A stretch of DNA of 64,000 nt, taken from assembly GCA_036918135.1 (NCBI GenBank), contig JBALDB010000056.1, positions 256,001-320,000 of the forward strand. Direction: 5' to 3'. Origin of the DNA: Nostoc sp. (lineage in GTDB: Bacteria > Cyanobacteriota > Cyanobacteriia > Cyanobacteriales > Nostocaceae). The number at the start of each line of letters is the position of its first letter. Position 1 is the first letter of the stretch. Shown piece by piece: positions 1-10,262 of the stretch. A model generated the notes under the pieces. It was given only the letters and a program-made list of their open reading frames with translations, ran no database searches and was not told where the DNA came from. The position numbers were made by a program, and so were the translations under genes.

Positions 1-6
1 GAAATT

Positions 7-1185
7 GTGCAACTCCACCAAGAAATTCGCAACTTCGTACAGGAAGTACGGTGGTTCGATCGCAAATTATCTGATTGGTTAAAGTTACCAAAATATTTCA
101 ATTTATTTTGCAAGCGGAACTGGACACTACAAAATTTGTATAACCATGTCGGTTTGTCGCCTAAACTACAAGCAGTCTTGGCGGGGCAAAGTGGTGATTA
201 TGGATTACCACCTGAAGAAATTGCTCTACTCACCCACACTTCCTTAGTTTGGGACTACTCAGAAGGCGCTTATTATCCAAAACATCACTTCAGACACTTT
301 GTTGACACTATTGCAAACGTAATTACCGCAGGTGGCGGTGTAATTAAGTACTCAACTTTAGTTAACCATATTCAAGTTAGCAACCATACTGTCCATAGCG
401 TACTTGCCGATGGAATCACCTATCGCGCTACTAAGGCTTATATCAGCGACCTCGACCCCAAATTAACAGTAGAGTTGATGCACGATACTGAGGCTTTGAG
501 CGATAAAGAGCGTCAACGCCTCACTCGTTACGAATACTCAGCTAGTGCTTTCAATATTTACTTAGGTTTAGATAGCGGCTTCAATCCCCATCGCTACGGC
601 ATCGGTAACTGGAATATTTGGTATTATCCTACAGGCAACCTCAATAAAGAATATCAACAACAATTGCAGGGAGACCTCAGTCAGCCGTGGATTTTCCTCT
701 CGTGTCCGACGATGAAATCCAGCGAACCAGGCCTAGCACCAGAGGGACATCATGTTTTAGAGATTGCTACTGTCTGCTCCTATGAATCATTTGAATATCT
801 GCATAAAACCAACCCCAAAGCATATAAAATTAAAAAACAGCAAGTTTATCAGCAGATAATGACAAGTGTGCGAGATTTGATTCCAGATGTGGACAACTAC
901 ACCCGAATCAAAGTTTACGGTACACCTACCATCAGCGAATTTTATCTTAGACGACCCCAGGGTAATATTTACGGTGCAAAATTAGTACCAAAACAAGTTG
1001 GTTTAAATCGTCTGGGATATGTGACCGAATTACCGAACCTTTTTTTAGTAGGGGCGAGTGCTGGATATCCGAGTGTACCGGGTGTAATTGGTAATGGAAT
1101 GGATGTAGTGGAACTATTGACAGGGCGATCGCCACGCCAGAAACTTGAAATAAGCACCGTTGGCAACAAGAACGCTTGTATGTAA
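7..1185 (+). CDS. Phytoene desaturase/retinol saturase-like FAD-dependent oxidoreductase, 5' part outside the window
   Basis: C-terminal GNIYG...LPNLFLVGASAGYPSVPGV motif typical of the CrtI/RetSat family; the N-terminal FAD-binding motif is absent, so the ORF probably starts upstream. Confidence 0.7.
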   Translation: MQLHQEIRNFVQEVRWFDRKLSDWLKLPKYFNLFCKRNWTLQNLYNHVGLSPKLQAVLAGQSGDYGLPPEEIALLTHTSLVWDYSEGAYYPKHHFRHFVDTIANVITAGGGVIKYSTLVNHIQVSNHTVHSVLADGITYRATKAYISDLDPKLTVELMHDTEALSDKERQRLTRYEYSASAFNIYLGLDSGFNPHRYGIGNWNIWYYPTGNLNKEYQQQLQGDLSQPWIFLSCPTMKSSEPGLAPEGHHVLEIATVCSYESFEYLHKTNPKAYKIKKQQVYQQIMTSVRDLIPDVDNYTRIKVYGTPTISEFYLRRPQGNIYGAKLVPKQVGLNRLGYVTELPNLFLVGASAGYPSVPGVIGNGMDVVELLTGRSPRQKLEISTVGNKNACM

Positions 1186-1239
1186 GCATTTTAAACTTTG
1201 ACATCACAAGCGTTTGTTACTTTTGAATTCATCGCTTAC

Positions 1240-3048
1240 CTATTGTCCACCATCCCCTGATAAATTTAGCTCCCCATAGACATTGATATTAAATGTAAAT
1301 TGAATCTGGATGTAGTTGTTGGGATATCCTGTAGGCAAAGGTGCAAAGGGCGCAGCTCTCTGTATAGCGTTGATTGCGGCTCGATCCGTCACACTAAATC
1401 CAGAAGTTTCTGCAAGCTCGAGATTGCTCAATTGACCTGAACGGCTAATACTGAAGTGAAGTACTGTTCGCCGGGAAGACTGGCTCAGTCCCGGTAGCCA
1501 CTGCTGCCTTACTTGTTGCTGTAATTGGTTCAAGTAAGAGGTAATATCTATATCTTGACTTTGGGCATCAATACCAGGAGGAGCTTGGCGATCTCGGTTG
1601 GAATTAGGTAATGCTGCCAGATAATCACCACTAAAATTTCGACTAGATACACTCACCGTACCACCCAACAAGCTTGCTGCACCTGTATTTTTAGAAGACC
1701 GAGCTTGAGATGGTGTTCGTCCGCTTAAGGGTGTTCTTGACTGCCCTAAGTTCTTAGGATTCGGTACTGGTGATTTAGTAGCTCTTGCAAGCGCTGTTTT
1801 TCGCGGCTTAGCTAGCGGTGGTGTAGTATTAGGCGCGAGTGCAATTTTTTTCGGCTTTGATGCTGGTGGTGTGGTTGCTCTTGTAAGTGCTGTTGACTCA
1901 ACTTTGGGCGCTGGTAACTTTGTATTAGGCGCGAGTGCAATTTTTTTCGGCTTTGGTGCTGGTGGTGTGGTTGCTCTTGCAAGTGGTGTTGGCTCAACTT
2001 TGGGCACTTGTAACTTTCGCGCCAGGGGCTTTGGCGGTGGTGTGGTTGCTCTTGTAAGTGGTGTTGGCTCAACTTTGGGCACTTGTAACTTTCGCGCCAG
2101 GGGCTTTGGCAGTGGTGTGGTTGCTCTTATGAGTGGTGTTGGCTCAACTTTGGGCACTTGTAACTTTCGCGCCAGGGGCTTTGGTGCTGGTGGTGTGGTT
2201 GCTCTTGTGAGTGGTGTTGGTTCAACTTTGGGCGCTGGTAACTTTGTATTTAGCACCAGGGGCTTTGGTGGTGTGGTTGCTCTTGTGAGTGGTGTTGGTT
2301 CAACTTTGGGCGCTGGTAACTTTGTATTTAGCACCAGGGGCTTTGGTGGTGTGGTTGCTCTTGTGAGTGGTGTTGGCTCAACTTTGGGTACTGGTAACTT
2401 TGTATTCAGCGCCAGGGGCTTTGGTGGTATGGTTGCTCTTGTGAGTGGTGTTGGCTCAACTTTGGGCGCTGGTAACTCTGTATTTGGCGTTAGGGGCTTT
2501 GGTGGTATGGTTGCTCTTGTGAGTGGTGTTGGCTCAACTTTGGGCGCTGGTAACTCTGTATTTGGCGTTAGGGGCTTTGGTACTGGTGGTATGGTTGCTC
2601 TTGTGAGTGGTGTTGGTTCAGATTTTGGTTGCTCAGGAGATAAATTTGTTGATTTTGCTTTCTGTTGCCTTGGTTCTGGCTGGAATACCTTTGCTGGAGA
2701 TAAGGCTGTTAAGTCAGAAGAACTTTCACTAGAGGCTTTATGTGCATCTATTCGCGGCTTGACAGCAGAAACAGGTCTTTTCAGTAAAGCTTTACCACCT
2801 GCAATTGAATCTTTAATAGCCCGGCGTGAGGTTTTTTGAGGTATGTGTGTTTCATTAGGAGGAACTTCAACTATCTCAATTGGAATTTCTTGAGAAATAT
2901 CTTGCTTCGGCTCAGGTACAAAAGCTGTAAGCAAATATTTGCCACCTACCAGTAAAGTAAAATGCACAAGGATAGAAATAACTAGACATTGGAGCGTTTC
3001 TCCAGGGCGCACGCTCCGATAGCGGTGTAATTCATCAGAAAAAGCCAT
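1240..3048 (-). CDS. TonB-family energy transducer with a long Pro-rich repeat linker
   Basis: N-terminal TM with SILVH motif, Pro/Lys/Thr repeats, C-terminal TonB_C-like domain (FSISRSGQL...D.AA..AI..AAPFAPLP). Confidence 0.85.
   Translation of the reverse strand: MAFSDELHRYRSVRPGETLQCLVISILVHFTLLVGGKYLLTAFVPEPKQDISQEIPIEIVEVPPNETHIPQKTSRRAIKDSIAGGKALLKRPVSAVKPRIDAHKASSESSSDLTALSPAKVFQPEPRQQKAKSTNLSPEQPKSEPTPLTRATIPPVPKPLTPNTELPAPKVEPTPLTRATIPPKPLTPNTELPAPKVEPTPLTRATIPPKPLALNTKLPVPKVEPTPLTRATTPPKPLVLNTKLPAPKVEPTPLTRATTPPKPLVLNTKLPAPKVEPTPLTRATTPPAPKPLARKLQVPKVEPTPLIRATTPLPKPLARKLQVPKVEPTPLTRATTPPPKPLARKLQVPKVEPTPLARATTPPAPKPKKIALAPNTKLPAPKVESTALTRATTPPASKPKKIALAPNTTPPLAKPRKTALARATKSPVPNPKNLGQSRTPLSGRTPSQARSSKNTGAASLLGGTVSVSSRNFSGDYLAALPNSNRDRQAPPGIDAQSQDIDITSYLNQLQQQVRQQWLPGLSQSSRRTVLHFSISRSGQLSNLELAETSGFSVTDRAAINAIQRAAPFAPLPTGYPNNYIQIQFTFNINVYGELNLSGDGGQ
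1775..2619 (-). repeat. Intragenic tandem repeat, about 10 units of 25-32 codons (EPTPLTRATxPPKPL...PKV)
   Basis: Visible at DNA and protein level; units fall into subtypes (LTPNTELPAP, LVLNTKLPAP, LARKLQVP, KKIALAPNT). Confidence 0.95.
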
Positions 3049-3115
3049 GTTATTGTGCTTTTGCGTTATAGTGCTATTTAATCACTCTTACCAGAGAATA
3101 AATAATTGTGTCTTA

Positions 3116-3245
3116 GAGGATGTTTGAAAAGTCCTCTTGTAGGTATCAAAAGTTTTAGATTGCTCTAAATGTCCCTTAAAAAGGGAGGTAGTCGGGAAAT
3201 CTAAAAGTGCCTAAAGTCACAGTGAAACACTTTTCAAACAACCTC
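3116..3245. mobile_element. 130-bp MITE with IS5/IS1031-like ends
   Basis: 17-bp TIRs GAGGATGTTTGAAAAGT / ACTTTTCAAACAACCTC (1 mismatch), flanked by TTA direct repeats at 3113-3115 and 3246-3248. Confidence 0.8.
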
Positions 3246-3506
3246 TTAGAGTTAATAATAAAATATTTTCTTAATTAAATAACAACTTATAGAGTTGGTT
3301 ACAGAATTAAAAGCTGAGTTAACTACCATGTCCAAAGCTGCAAAATGAAACTCTGACTACGTGCAATGACACAATACTCTTACTATAAATAATGAAGCAA
3401 TTTCTCATCAATTAGAAACTTTATTAACTCCAGCGATCGCAAATCAACAAAAATCTTATAGCAGTCCTATAAGGATTTATAAAATCTTGATACCCAGGCT
3501 GTTTAC

Positions 3507-4001
3507 CTATTGATTAATTCGGAGTCCCATAATAACTAAGTCTCGTTCAATACCGTCTAGTTCTGCAATTTTAGGTAAATGTCCCCACTGTTGAAATCCA
3601 AATGTTGCAAATAAGTTTAAACTGGGTTGATTGTGGGCAAAAATGAAGCATACTAAAGTTTTTAAACCCAAATTAGAACTTTCTTGAATTGCTTGTGCTA
3701 AAAGTTGCTTTCCTAAACCACATCGATGAAAGGCAGGCGCTATGTAAATACTAATTTCAGCTGTCGTACTATAAGCAGGTCGCCCATAAAACGATTGGAA
3801 ACTCAGCCAGCCAGCAATTACTCCTTCTACTTCGATTACCCAAAGCGGACGTTGTGAAGGCGATCGCGCCTTAAACCAAGCAAGCCGACTTTCCACAGAT
3901 ACCGGTTCTAAATCAGCAGTTGCCATGCGGCTAGGAATTGCAGCATTGTAAATTGCCACAATTGTATGTAAGTCAGTTTCGGTCGCATGGCGAATCATCA
4001 T
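3507..4001 (-). CDS. GNAT N-acetyltransferase (phosphinothricin acetyltransferase-like)
   Basis: IYN..I...ATAD, TAEISIYI, GLGKQLL, HNQPSL..F..FGF motifs. Confidence 0.9.
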   Translation of the reverse strand: MMIRHATETDLHTIVAIYNAAIPSRMATADLEPVSVESRLAWFKARSPSQRPLWVIEVEGVIAGWLSFQSFYGRPAYSTTAEISIYIAPAFHRCGLGKQLLAQAIQESSNLGLKTLVCFIFAHNQPSLNLFATFGFQQWGHLPKIAELDGIERDLVIMGLRINQ

Positions 4002-4747
4002 TGCTAAGTCTCAAAGAAAATCTTCAGCAAATATTCAAAAATAATACAGCTTTAACAGTAGCAATTATAAGGCTCCTACCCTAATTCTTATAGATGTTGA
4101 CGTAGAGATTCCCTAAAATACTAATTTACTAATTTTTAAATTAGAAAAAATACAAAAGCTATAAGCTAGATGAAGTAAAATTTTCTACCTTGTCTCATAT
4201 GTATTTCAACTAGGAAGCTCTACATCATTAGCAAAGACACTAATGTTGCTAGAACTAGATAAAAATTGTAATGCATTGTCTCTTGTATTGGTTGTCACTA
4301 AAAAACTTTATAATTTCTCACTCTTAAATCATAAGTCTTTATTTCTAACCTCTGATTCATTTCTCATTCTCAAGAAACAGGTAACTTTAATAATTACACA
4401 AATAATAAATTTTTTTATTTCGACATCTATGTATATTTGGTTAAATTTCAATAAATTTAGTTTTTAATGTAATTGTAGCACAGCAATTTTTAGAATATAT
4501 GCATCCTAATATACAATCCAAAATTGTCTACTAGTATAATTTTTAAATATTTTTATAAGGTATTAACATGCATATAGATAGAGAAAATTTTGTATTTTTA
4601 AGCGCAATTATGAAAAAGTTTATTTTATCAATTTCAATAAAAATAAATTGCATCTACAGCTAAAGATAGAGGGTGCTAATGTTAGTTATGCTTAAACTTA
4701 AATTAGTAGTAATATGAATTTTTGTAAAATTTTAACTTCTATGCACT

Positions 4748-5707
4748 ATGCTAATTAAGTTTTTGATAAACAATGATACTTGTGTCAAGAAAATTAAACC
4801 TAATAATATATCTATAGAAGTTGAAGTTGCTATTTTTATAGATAAAATTAAAAATTTAATTTGGCTATTTGGTATTCCCTCTTGGCTTTTTGGCATAACT
4901 GATAGAAGTCTAGCTACATTTGCTGATGGCTATGTCTCGCCTGTAGAAATACTTCAACTATTTACAGCTTCTTTCTTTTTTTTCAGTTGGCTATATCTCA
5001 AACCAGAGGAAGGCTTTAATGGTAACGATTTAGAACCCAATCAGTATCAAGAATATCTTTATCGGATTCAAGCCGAAAAGCTGAAAATCAAAAAGCTACA
5101 CATGATTAGCCAAGAATATATTTTACCATTCCCTTATGTTTGTCAAATATATCATCTCTTGAGCTTAAAACATTTAGAAACAGTTCATAGGTTTAGTCTT
5201 AATAATCTGAAAATTGTCAATGTTAGCCATTTTCAAACCACAAATATTGGTGGAATTATTAAATTCCAAACAATATTAGACTCGCCAGCTAATCCTTTGA
5301 GAGTTTGGCGACAACCGATTGTAGAGGTAGATTTAATATTACATACTCCTTACACTATCGAACTGAGTATTCCAGTCTACAATAACAAAAGAATAATTGT
5401 TATTTTTAATGTCTTCCCATTAAATGAATCAGAACATCATTTATTTATAGATATTTATAGTGACCTAGAATGGCCAAAGCCATTATTGCAAATCATTTTA
5501 CATTTTGCTTCTTGTTTGACACTCTTTGAAGACTTGCCATATTTAAAAGCTCTAGCTGAGAAAAAGATAGAGCGTTTATTCAATTTAAATCGAACTTCAA
5601 ATCACGAAACGGGGTTGCTGTTTAAAAGATTTGTTGAGCTATATGGTTCGAGTGGAGAAGCAATTAAATTAATTGAGGCAGAGAAGATAATTAAAAGTGA
5701 GGAGTGA
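4748..5707 (+). CDS. Hypothetical protein with N-terminal TM segments
   Basis: 319-aa ORF in AT-rich DNA; no family recognised. Confidence 0.65.
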   Translation: MLIKFLINNDTCVKKIKPNNISIEVEVAIFIDKIKNLIWLFGIPSWLFGITDRSLATFADGYVSPVEILQLFTASFFFFSWLYLKPEEGFNGNDLEPNQYQEYLYRIQAEKLKIKKLHMISQEYILPFPYVCQIYHLLSLKHLETVHRFSLNNLKIVNVSHFQTTNIGGIIKFQTILDSPANPLRVWRQPIVEVDLILHTPYTIELSIPVYNNKRIIVIFNVFPLNESEHHLFIDIYSDLEWPKPLLQIILHFASCLTLFEDLPYLKALAEKKIERLFNLNRTSNHETGLLFKRFVELYGSSGEAIKLIEAEKIIKSEE

Positions 5708-5756
5708 GGAGTCAGTAATTCATAACTCATAACTCATAACTTATAACCTGATTTTT

Positions 5757-7463
5757 TTAAGCGCGTGCTAATAAGGGAGCAGCAGCTAGTAAGGTTTTGG
5801 TATAGGGGTGCTGAGGATTGGCAAAAATCTTTTTTGTATCACCGAGTTCAACAATTTTACCGCCGTTCATCACAGCAATCCGATCGCACAAAAATCTAGC
5901 TAACCAAAGGTCATGAGTAATAAACAGATAAGTTAACTCAAACTCTTCTTTTAATTGCAACATCAAATCTAGCACTTGTGACTGTACGCTGGCGTCTAAC
6001 ATACTCACAGGTTCATCACAAATTAAAAGTTTAGGGTGAGTAATCAAAGCACGAGCGATCGCTACTCGTTGTTGTTGTCCTCCAGACAAATCTGATGGAT
6101 AACGCTCATAATACACTTGTGGCGGTGTTAAGCCAACTTTTTCTAACATCCACAAAACTTGTTCTTTTGCCTTCACTGAATCAGCGAGATTGTGAATAAA
6201 TAAAGGATCGGCTATACTTTGTCCCACTGTCATTGCTGGATTCAGACAAGCATGGGGATCTTGAAAAACCATTTGTATTTGTCGCCGTGAAGACCGAATT
6301 TGTTTGCGCGACAGTCTAGTTAAATCTTGTCCTAAAAACTCAACTTTACCAGCCGTGGGACGAATTAGTTGCAAAATTGTCCGTGACAATGTACTTTTAC
6401 CGCAACCTGATTCACCAACTAAACCAAGAATTTCTTTTGGATATAGCTCCAGATTAATACCATCTACTGCTTTAATTGTCTGTGCTTGTTTGTTAAATAG
6501 TCTTTCAATAAAGTTAGGTTCTATAGTGTAATATTGTTTGAGTTCCGTAACACTCAAAATCGGTGATTTCTGATTAATATTTGCAAATTGCTTTTTCTCC
6601 CCAGCCACCAGTCCCCATTGCCCCTTATCCCCACAGGGGACCCCGAGTTCCCCAGTCTCTATTTCATCGACTGATTGAATATGTAAAGCTGCTTTGAGGA
6701 GGGATTGGGTGTATTCATGTTGCGGTTGTTTAAATACACTTTCTGTGGAACCCATTTCCACCATCTTACCTTGGTACATAACGCCAATGCGATCGCAATA
6801 CTCAGCTACCATTGCTAAATCGTGAGAAATCAGCAGCAATCCCATGTTTTCTTGACTGCACAGCCGAGTTAATTCTTGTAATATCTGCGCGGAAACAGTG
6901 ACATCTAAACTCGTGGTAGGTTCATCTGCAACAATCAACTTCGGGTTGAGAAGTAAAGCTAAAGCAATGGCTACCCGTTGTCGCATTCCGCCGCTAAATT
7001 CATGAGGAAACTGATTCCAGCGACTTTCGGGAATGTTTACCTTTGCCAATGTTGCAATTGCTTTTTCTTTGGCTTGTGAGGGTGATAATTGTGGGGAGTG
7101 CGCTTGCAGAGTTTCAATACAATGCTTACCAATGGTCATCAGTGGATCGAGGCGTGTCATCGGATCTTGAAAAATTAAAGCGATCGCTTCTCCGCGAAAT
7201 TTCCGCAATTGGTTAGGCGTCAAGTCAAACACTGACTGTTCCTGAAATGTGACTCGTCCCTCAACGCGACTAGAAGCTGGTAGTAAGCGCATTACGGTGC
7301 GTCCGATAGTTGACTTACCACAACCCGACTCTCCCACCAATCCCATTTTTTCACCTGGCTGCAAGGTGAAAGATACATCATCAACTGCCCAGCTTGGTTC
7401 TTCTCCACTTGGTTGAGGATAGGCAACTCGGAGATTTTCGATACAGAATAAGGCTTTACTCAT
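5757..7463 (-). CDS. Dipeptide/oligopeptide ABC transporter ATP-binding protein, two fused NBDs
   Basis: Two GESGCGKS Walker A motifs, FSGGMRQR and LSGGQQQR signatures, HPYT. Confidence 0.93.
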   Translation of the reverse strand: MSKALFCIENLRVAYPQPSGEEPSWAVDDVSFTLQPGEKMGLVGESGCGKSTIGRTVMRLLPASSRVEGRVTFQEQSVFDLTPNQLRKFRGEAIALIFQDPMTRLDPLMTIGKHCIETLQAHSPQLSPSQAKEKAIATLAKVNIPESRWNQFPHEFSGGMRQRVAIALALLLNPKLIVADEPTTSLDVTVSAQILQELTRLCSQENMGLLLISHDLAMVAEYCDRIGVMYQGKMVEMGSTESVFKQPQHEYTQSLLKAALHIQSVDEIETGELGVPCGDKGQWGLVAGEKKQFANINQKSPILSVTELKQYYTIEPNFIERLFNKQAQTIKAVDGINLELYPKEILGLVGESGCGKSTLSRTILQLIRPTAGKVEFLGQDLTRLSRKQIRSSRRQIQMVFQDPHACLNPAMTVGQSIADPLFIHNLADSVKAKEQVLWMLEKVGLTPPQVYYERYPSDLSGGQQQRVAIARALITHPKLLICDEPVSMLDASVQSQVLDLMLQLKEEFELTYLFITHDLWLARFLCDRIAVMNGGKIVELGDTKKIFANPQHPYTKTLLAAAPLLARA

Positions 7464-7833
7464 ACTTAGTTATCAGCGCTGAGCTAGCAGCTTTGATAGT
7501 TTTAAATTTAGATAGTTTAGCAGATTATTTTTAGAGCTTCCTTGTCTAAACATCTCTAATATATTAGCGATCGCTTCTATCGATGACTAGTTGTAGGGTG
7601 TTTCCGTAGGCTAAGCCACCCAGCCCTGTAACTATTGACGAATAGCACGCCGTATGTAAGTTTCTCAGAAGGTAAAACTTACCTTTGATATTCGGCTCCT
7701 CTCCCAGTTAAAGAATAGCGGTTTGATTTAAACTGTCAATACAAGCTTTTCCTTGACAACAGTCGCATAAATTAAATAAAGACTACAAACAAAGTCAATA
7801 TTCAACTAATAATAATCAAATAGGAGTTCTATA

Positions 7834-8262
7834 TTAACGTTCATGCTCTTGATGACGATCGCTCATACCTTGGTCAGTTTCTAATAGTCGCGAAATCAAC
7901 ACATCTGGTTTTCTACTGATTACAGACTTAACTTTATCAACTGCAATTACTTCACGGATTTGGACAACCATTTCCCAGAGAGTATCTTCGTCTGTATCTT
8001 GGTTGTAAGTTCTATGTTTAAACCACAATAAATCATCCCAAACTCCGATAATTGTAGCAAAGTACCACCTCTCTCGTATAAGTATCCAGATTTCTTGTTC
8101 TAAGTAAGTTTGTAGAAGAGATTTCACAACGGTTGAGATCGTAAAAAATATTGTGCTACATATTAAGTAAGTAATAATAAATCTTACAACGGTATAAATA
8201 CTGTTCTTAAATTGTTTGGCAACACTCTGCGTACCTTGGTGCTGATAGTCAACAGTCAACAA
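7834..8262 (-). CDS. Hypothetical membrane protein downstream of cupA
   Basis: 142-aa ORF with one hydrophobic segment; start codon uncertain. Confidence 0.45.
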   Translation of the reverse strand: MLTVDYQHQGTQSVAKQFKNSIYTVVRFIITYLICSTIFFTISTVVKSLLQTYLEQEIWILIRERWYFATIIGVWDDLLWFKHRTYNQDTDEDTLWEMVVQIREVIAVDKVKSVISRKPDVLISRLLETDQGMSDRHQEHER

Positions 8263-8342
8263 TCACCACTGATATTTTTTACTTTCTCTTGCAAGGATTG
8301 CTATATTAAAGCCCCCTTTAAAAAGGAGGCTGAAGGAATCAT

Positions 8343-9638
8343 TTATCTATAATCCTGGTCTTGAATATTACGCAGACGTGCAGCATCACGAATGTTGTAG
8401 TCAGAACGAGTAAAGCGATTGAGTTGCATTTCAAAGAAATCTCGATTGGCTTGCAGGTGTTCGGGATCGGAGTCGTCTAAAGGATGTAAAAGTGCTGTTC
8501 GTAAAGCTTGAATTACCGCAGAAGTTACACAGTACATTGACCTTTGAAAACTAACACCTAGCTGAATCAACATATCATTTTCACCACGGCAATGTTTGCT
8601 GTAGTAATCAACAAGATAAGGTGGCAGAAAATGCAGCATGTCTTGCATTAATAATGTCGGCGGAATGCCAGCCGTACCTACTGGAAATACATCAGCGTAG
8701 AGAATCCCGTAGTGAAAATCTTTTTGGTCTTCTGGTACTTGACGCGCTTGAGCATTATAAGATTTTGTGCCGCGAAACGGAGCAGTGCGGTAGAAAACAG
8801 CTTCGACATAGGGTAAGGCTGCTTCATACAGCCACACAAAACCCTTGGATTTAGGAACAATTTCGTAGCATTCGCCGCGAATATAAACATGATGGTAAAT
8901 CGGGCGATCTGCAACCGCAAATATCCCATTGACTATAAAATTCATCGCCTCTGGAACGCTGGCGATTGTACCTTCATCATAGCGATCGGACATTTCAAAA
9001 AATACAGGTGCCATGACTTCCCAGAACAAGCCGAGATTAGCGTAATAAGACATCTGGCGGCATTGTTCCAAAAACATGTCTGGAAACAGCTTGTAAAGTC
9101 CCAGCATTACCGGGTTGCCTTGGAAGTAAGCTTTAATTGCCTTATCGGCGTTGGCTTTGTATTCTTCAGAATCTAAGTAAGGGTCAAATTTTCCGCCCAT
9201 ACCTCTATGCCACAGCATCGCCCGCATACAAGCTTCGGCAAATTCCATATTAATGCGATCGTGGAACAAATGATGTAATAACTTCGGCATTTTGAAGGTT
9301 TCACCTTTGTTAATAAATGCCAAAAGTTCTGGATGCACTGTGGCTTCGCCGCGCCAAACTCGTAAATCGGCATCATCGCCAGCGTAATGATTATGCAGTT
9401 CTAAATACTCTTTGGGCAAGAAGTATTTAAAGAAAGGTAACGGGTTTAAAAATACATGTTCGGCAATATAAAGCAAGTCGCGCCAGTAAAAGTCCATCGG
9501 CACTGCATAAGCTTTATATAAACCGATGATTTGCATTAAATTTTCTGGGGTATCTGGCAACATTGCACCGCCAGCTTCTAAGCGATGAATGACTTCGGCA
9601 AATTCATGTTTGGAAGGAGGTAATTGAATTGCTGTCAT
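8343..9638 (-). CDS. cupA: CO2 hydration protein CupA (ChpY) of NDH-1(3)
   Basis: RLEAGGAMLPDTPENL, DRINMEFAEAC and GIPPTLLMQDM motifs; about 430 aa fits CupA rather than CupB; lies after ndhF3/ndhD3. Confidence 0.93.
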   Translation of the reverse strand: MTAIQLPPSKHEFAEVIHRLEAGGAMLPDTPENLMQIIGLYKAYAVPMDFYWRDLLYIAEHVFLNPLPFFKYFLPKEYLELHNHYAGDDADLRVWRGEATVHPELLAFINKGETFKMPKLLHHLFHDRINMEFAEACMRAMLWHRGMGGKFDPYLDSEEYKANADKAIKAYFQGNPVMLGLYKLFPDMFLEQCRQMSYYANLGLFWEVMAPVFFEMSDRYDEGTIASVPEAMNFIVNGIFAVADRPIYHHVYIRGECYEIVPKSKGFVWLYEAALPYVEAVFYRTAPFRGTKSYNAQARQVPEDQKDFHYGILYADVFPVGTAGIPPTLLMQDMLHFLPPYLVDYYSKHCRGENDMLIQLGVSFQRSMYCVTSAVIQALRTALLHPLDDSDPEHLQANRDFFEMQLNRFTRSDYNIRDAARLRNIQDQDYR

Positions 9639-9639
9639 A

Positions 9640-10230
9640 TTAATCGATAGTTAGTGTAATTAATTGTTGACGTATTTTCAAAGCATGAAAAATGCTCAAA
9701 ACATCGTGTGTCCAAACTGGCAATATTAGCGTCATGATAATTTCTTCAACGCTGTAAATAGTGCCAGCAATACAAGTCAGCCATAAAGTAATTCCGGCGT
9801 AATCAAAACCGAATAAGGCAATAATGGCAATACAAAGAGTGATTCCCCAAAATTTCGCCGAGTAGGTGTGATAGCTAGCGGGTTTGCCATACTTCACTAA
9901 ATTAACTATCCACCACACCAATTGAGCAAAAATTACTATCAACAAAGGTACTCGATAAGTAATCAAAATATCTCGATATCCCAGCCAAGCACTCACAAAT
10001 ATGCAACCGAAAAGGCAAGTATCAGCCCAGCTATCAGCTTGCCGCAGTTGGGCAGTGCTAACACCCAACCGTCGGGCAATAATGCCATCGAAAATATCTG
10101 AGATAAAAGCTGCGACAAAACCAACGATAAACCAAACACTGGTTTCGCCATCTAGGGCATCCCACAGGAGGAAGGGAGATATTAAAAAGCGAAATAGTAC
10201 AAGACTAATGGGAATTAATTTCAGATTCAT
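9640..10230 (-). CDS. CDP-alcohol phosphatidyltransferase family membrane protein
   Basis: DIFDGIIARRLGVST..LRQADSWAD matches the D-x2-DG-x2-AR...D-x3-D signature. Confidence 0.85.
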   Translation of the reverse strand: MNLKLIPISLVLFRFLISPFLLWDALDGETSVWFIVGFVAAFISDIFDGIIARRLGVSTAQLRQADSWADTCLFGCIFVSAWLGYRDILITYRVPLLIVIFAQLVWWIVNLVKYGKPASYHTYSAKFWGITLCIAIIALFGFDYAGITLWLTCIAGTIYSVEEIIMTLILPVWTHDVLSIFHALKIRQQLITLTID

Positions 10231-10262
10231 CTTTCCTCCTGTAGCGGTAGGTAATCTTTTGA

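Noticed and set aside
1871..2839. 322-aa Gly/Val-rich ORF on the + strand
   Set aside because: Antisense shadow of the TonB repeat region
4243..4467. 74-aa ORF, and similar ones at 17114-17302, 26057-26251 and 33043-33315
   Set aside because: AT-rich or repeat-derived composition, no recognisable motif; several overlap better-supported features
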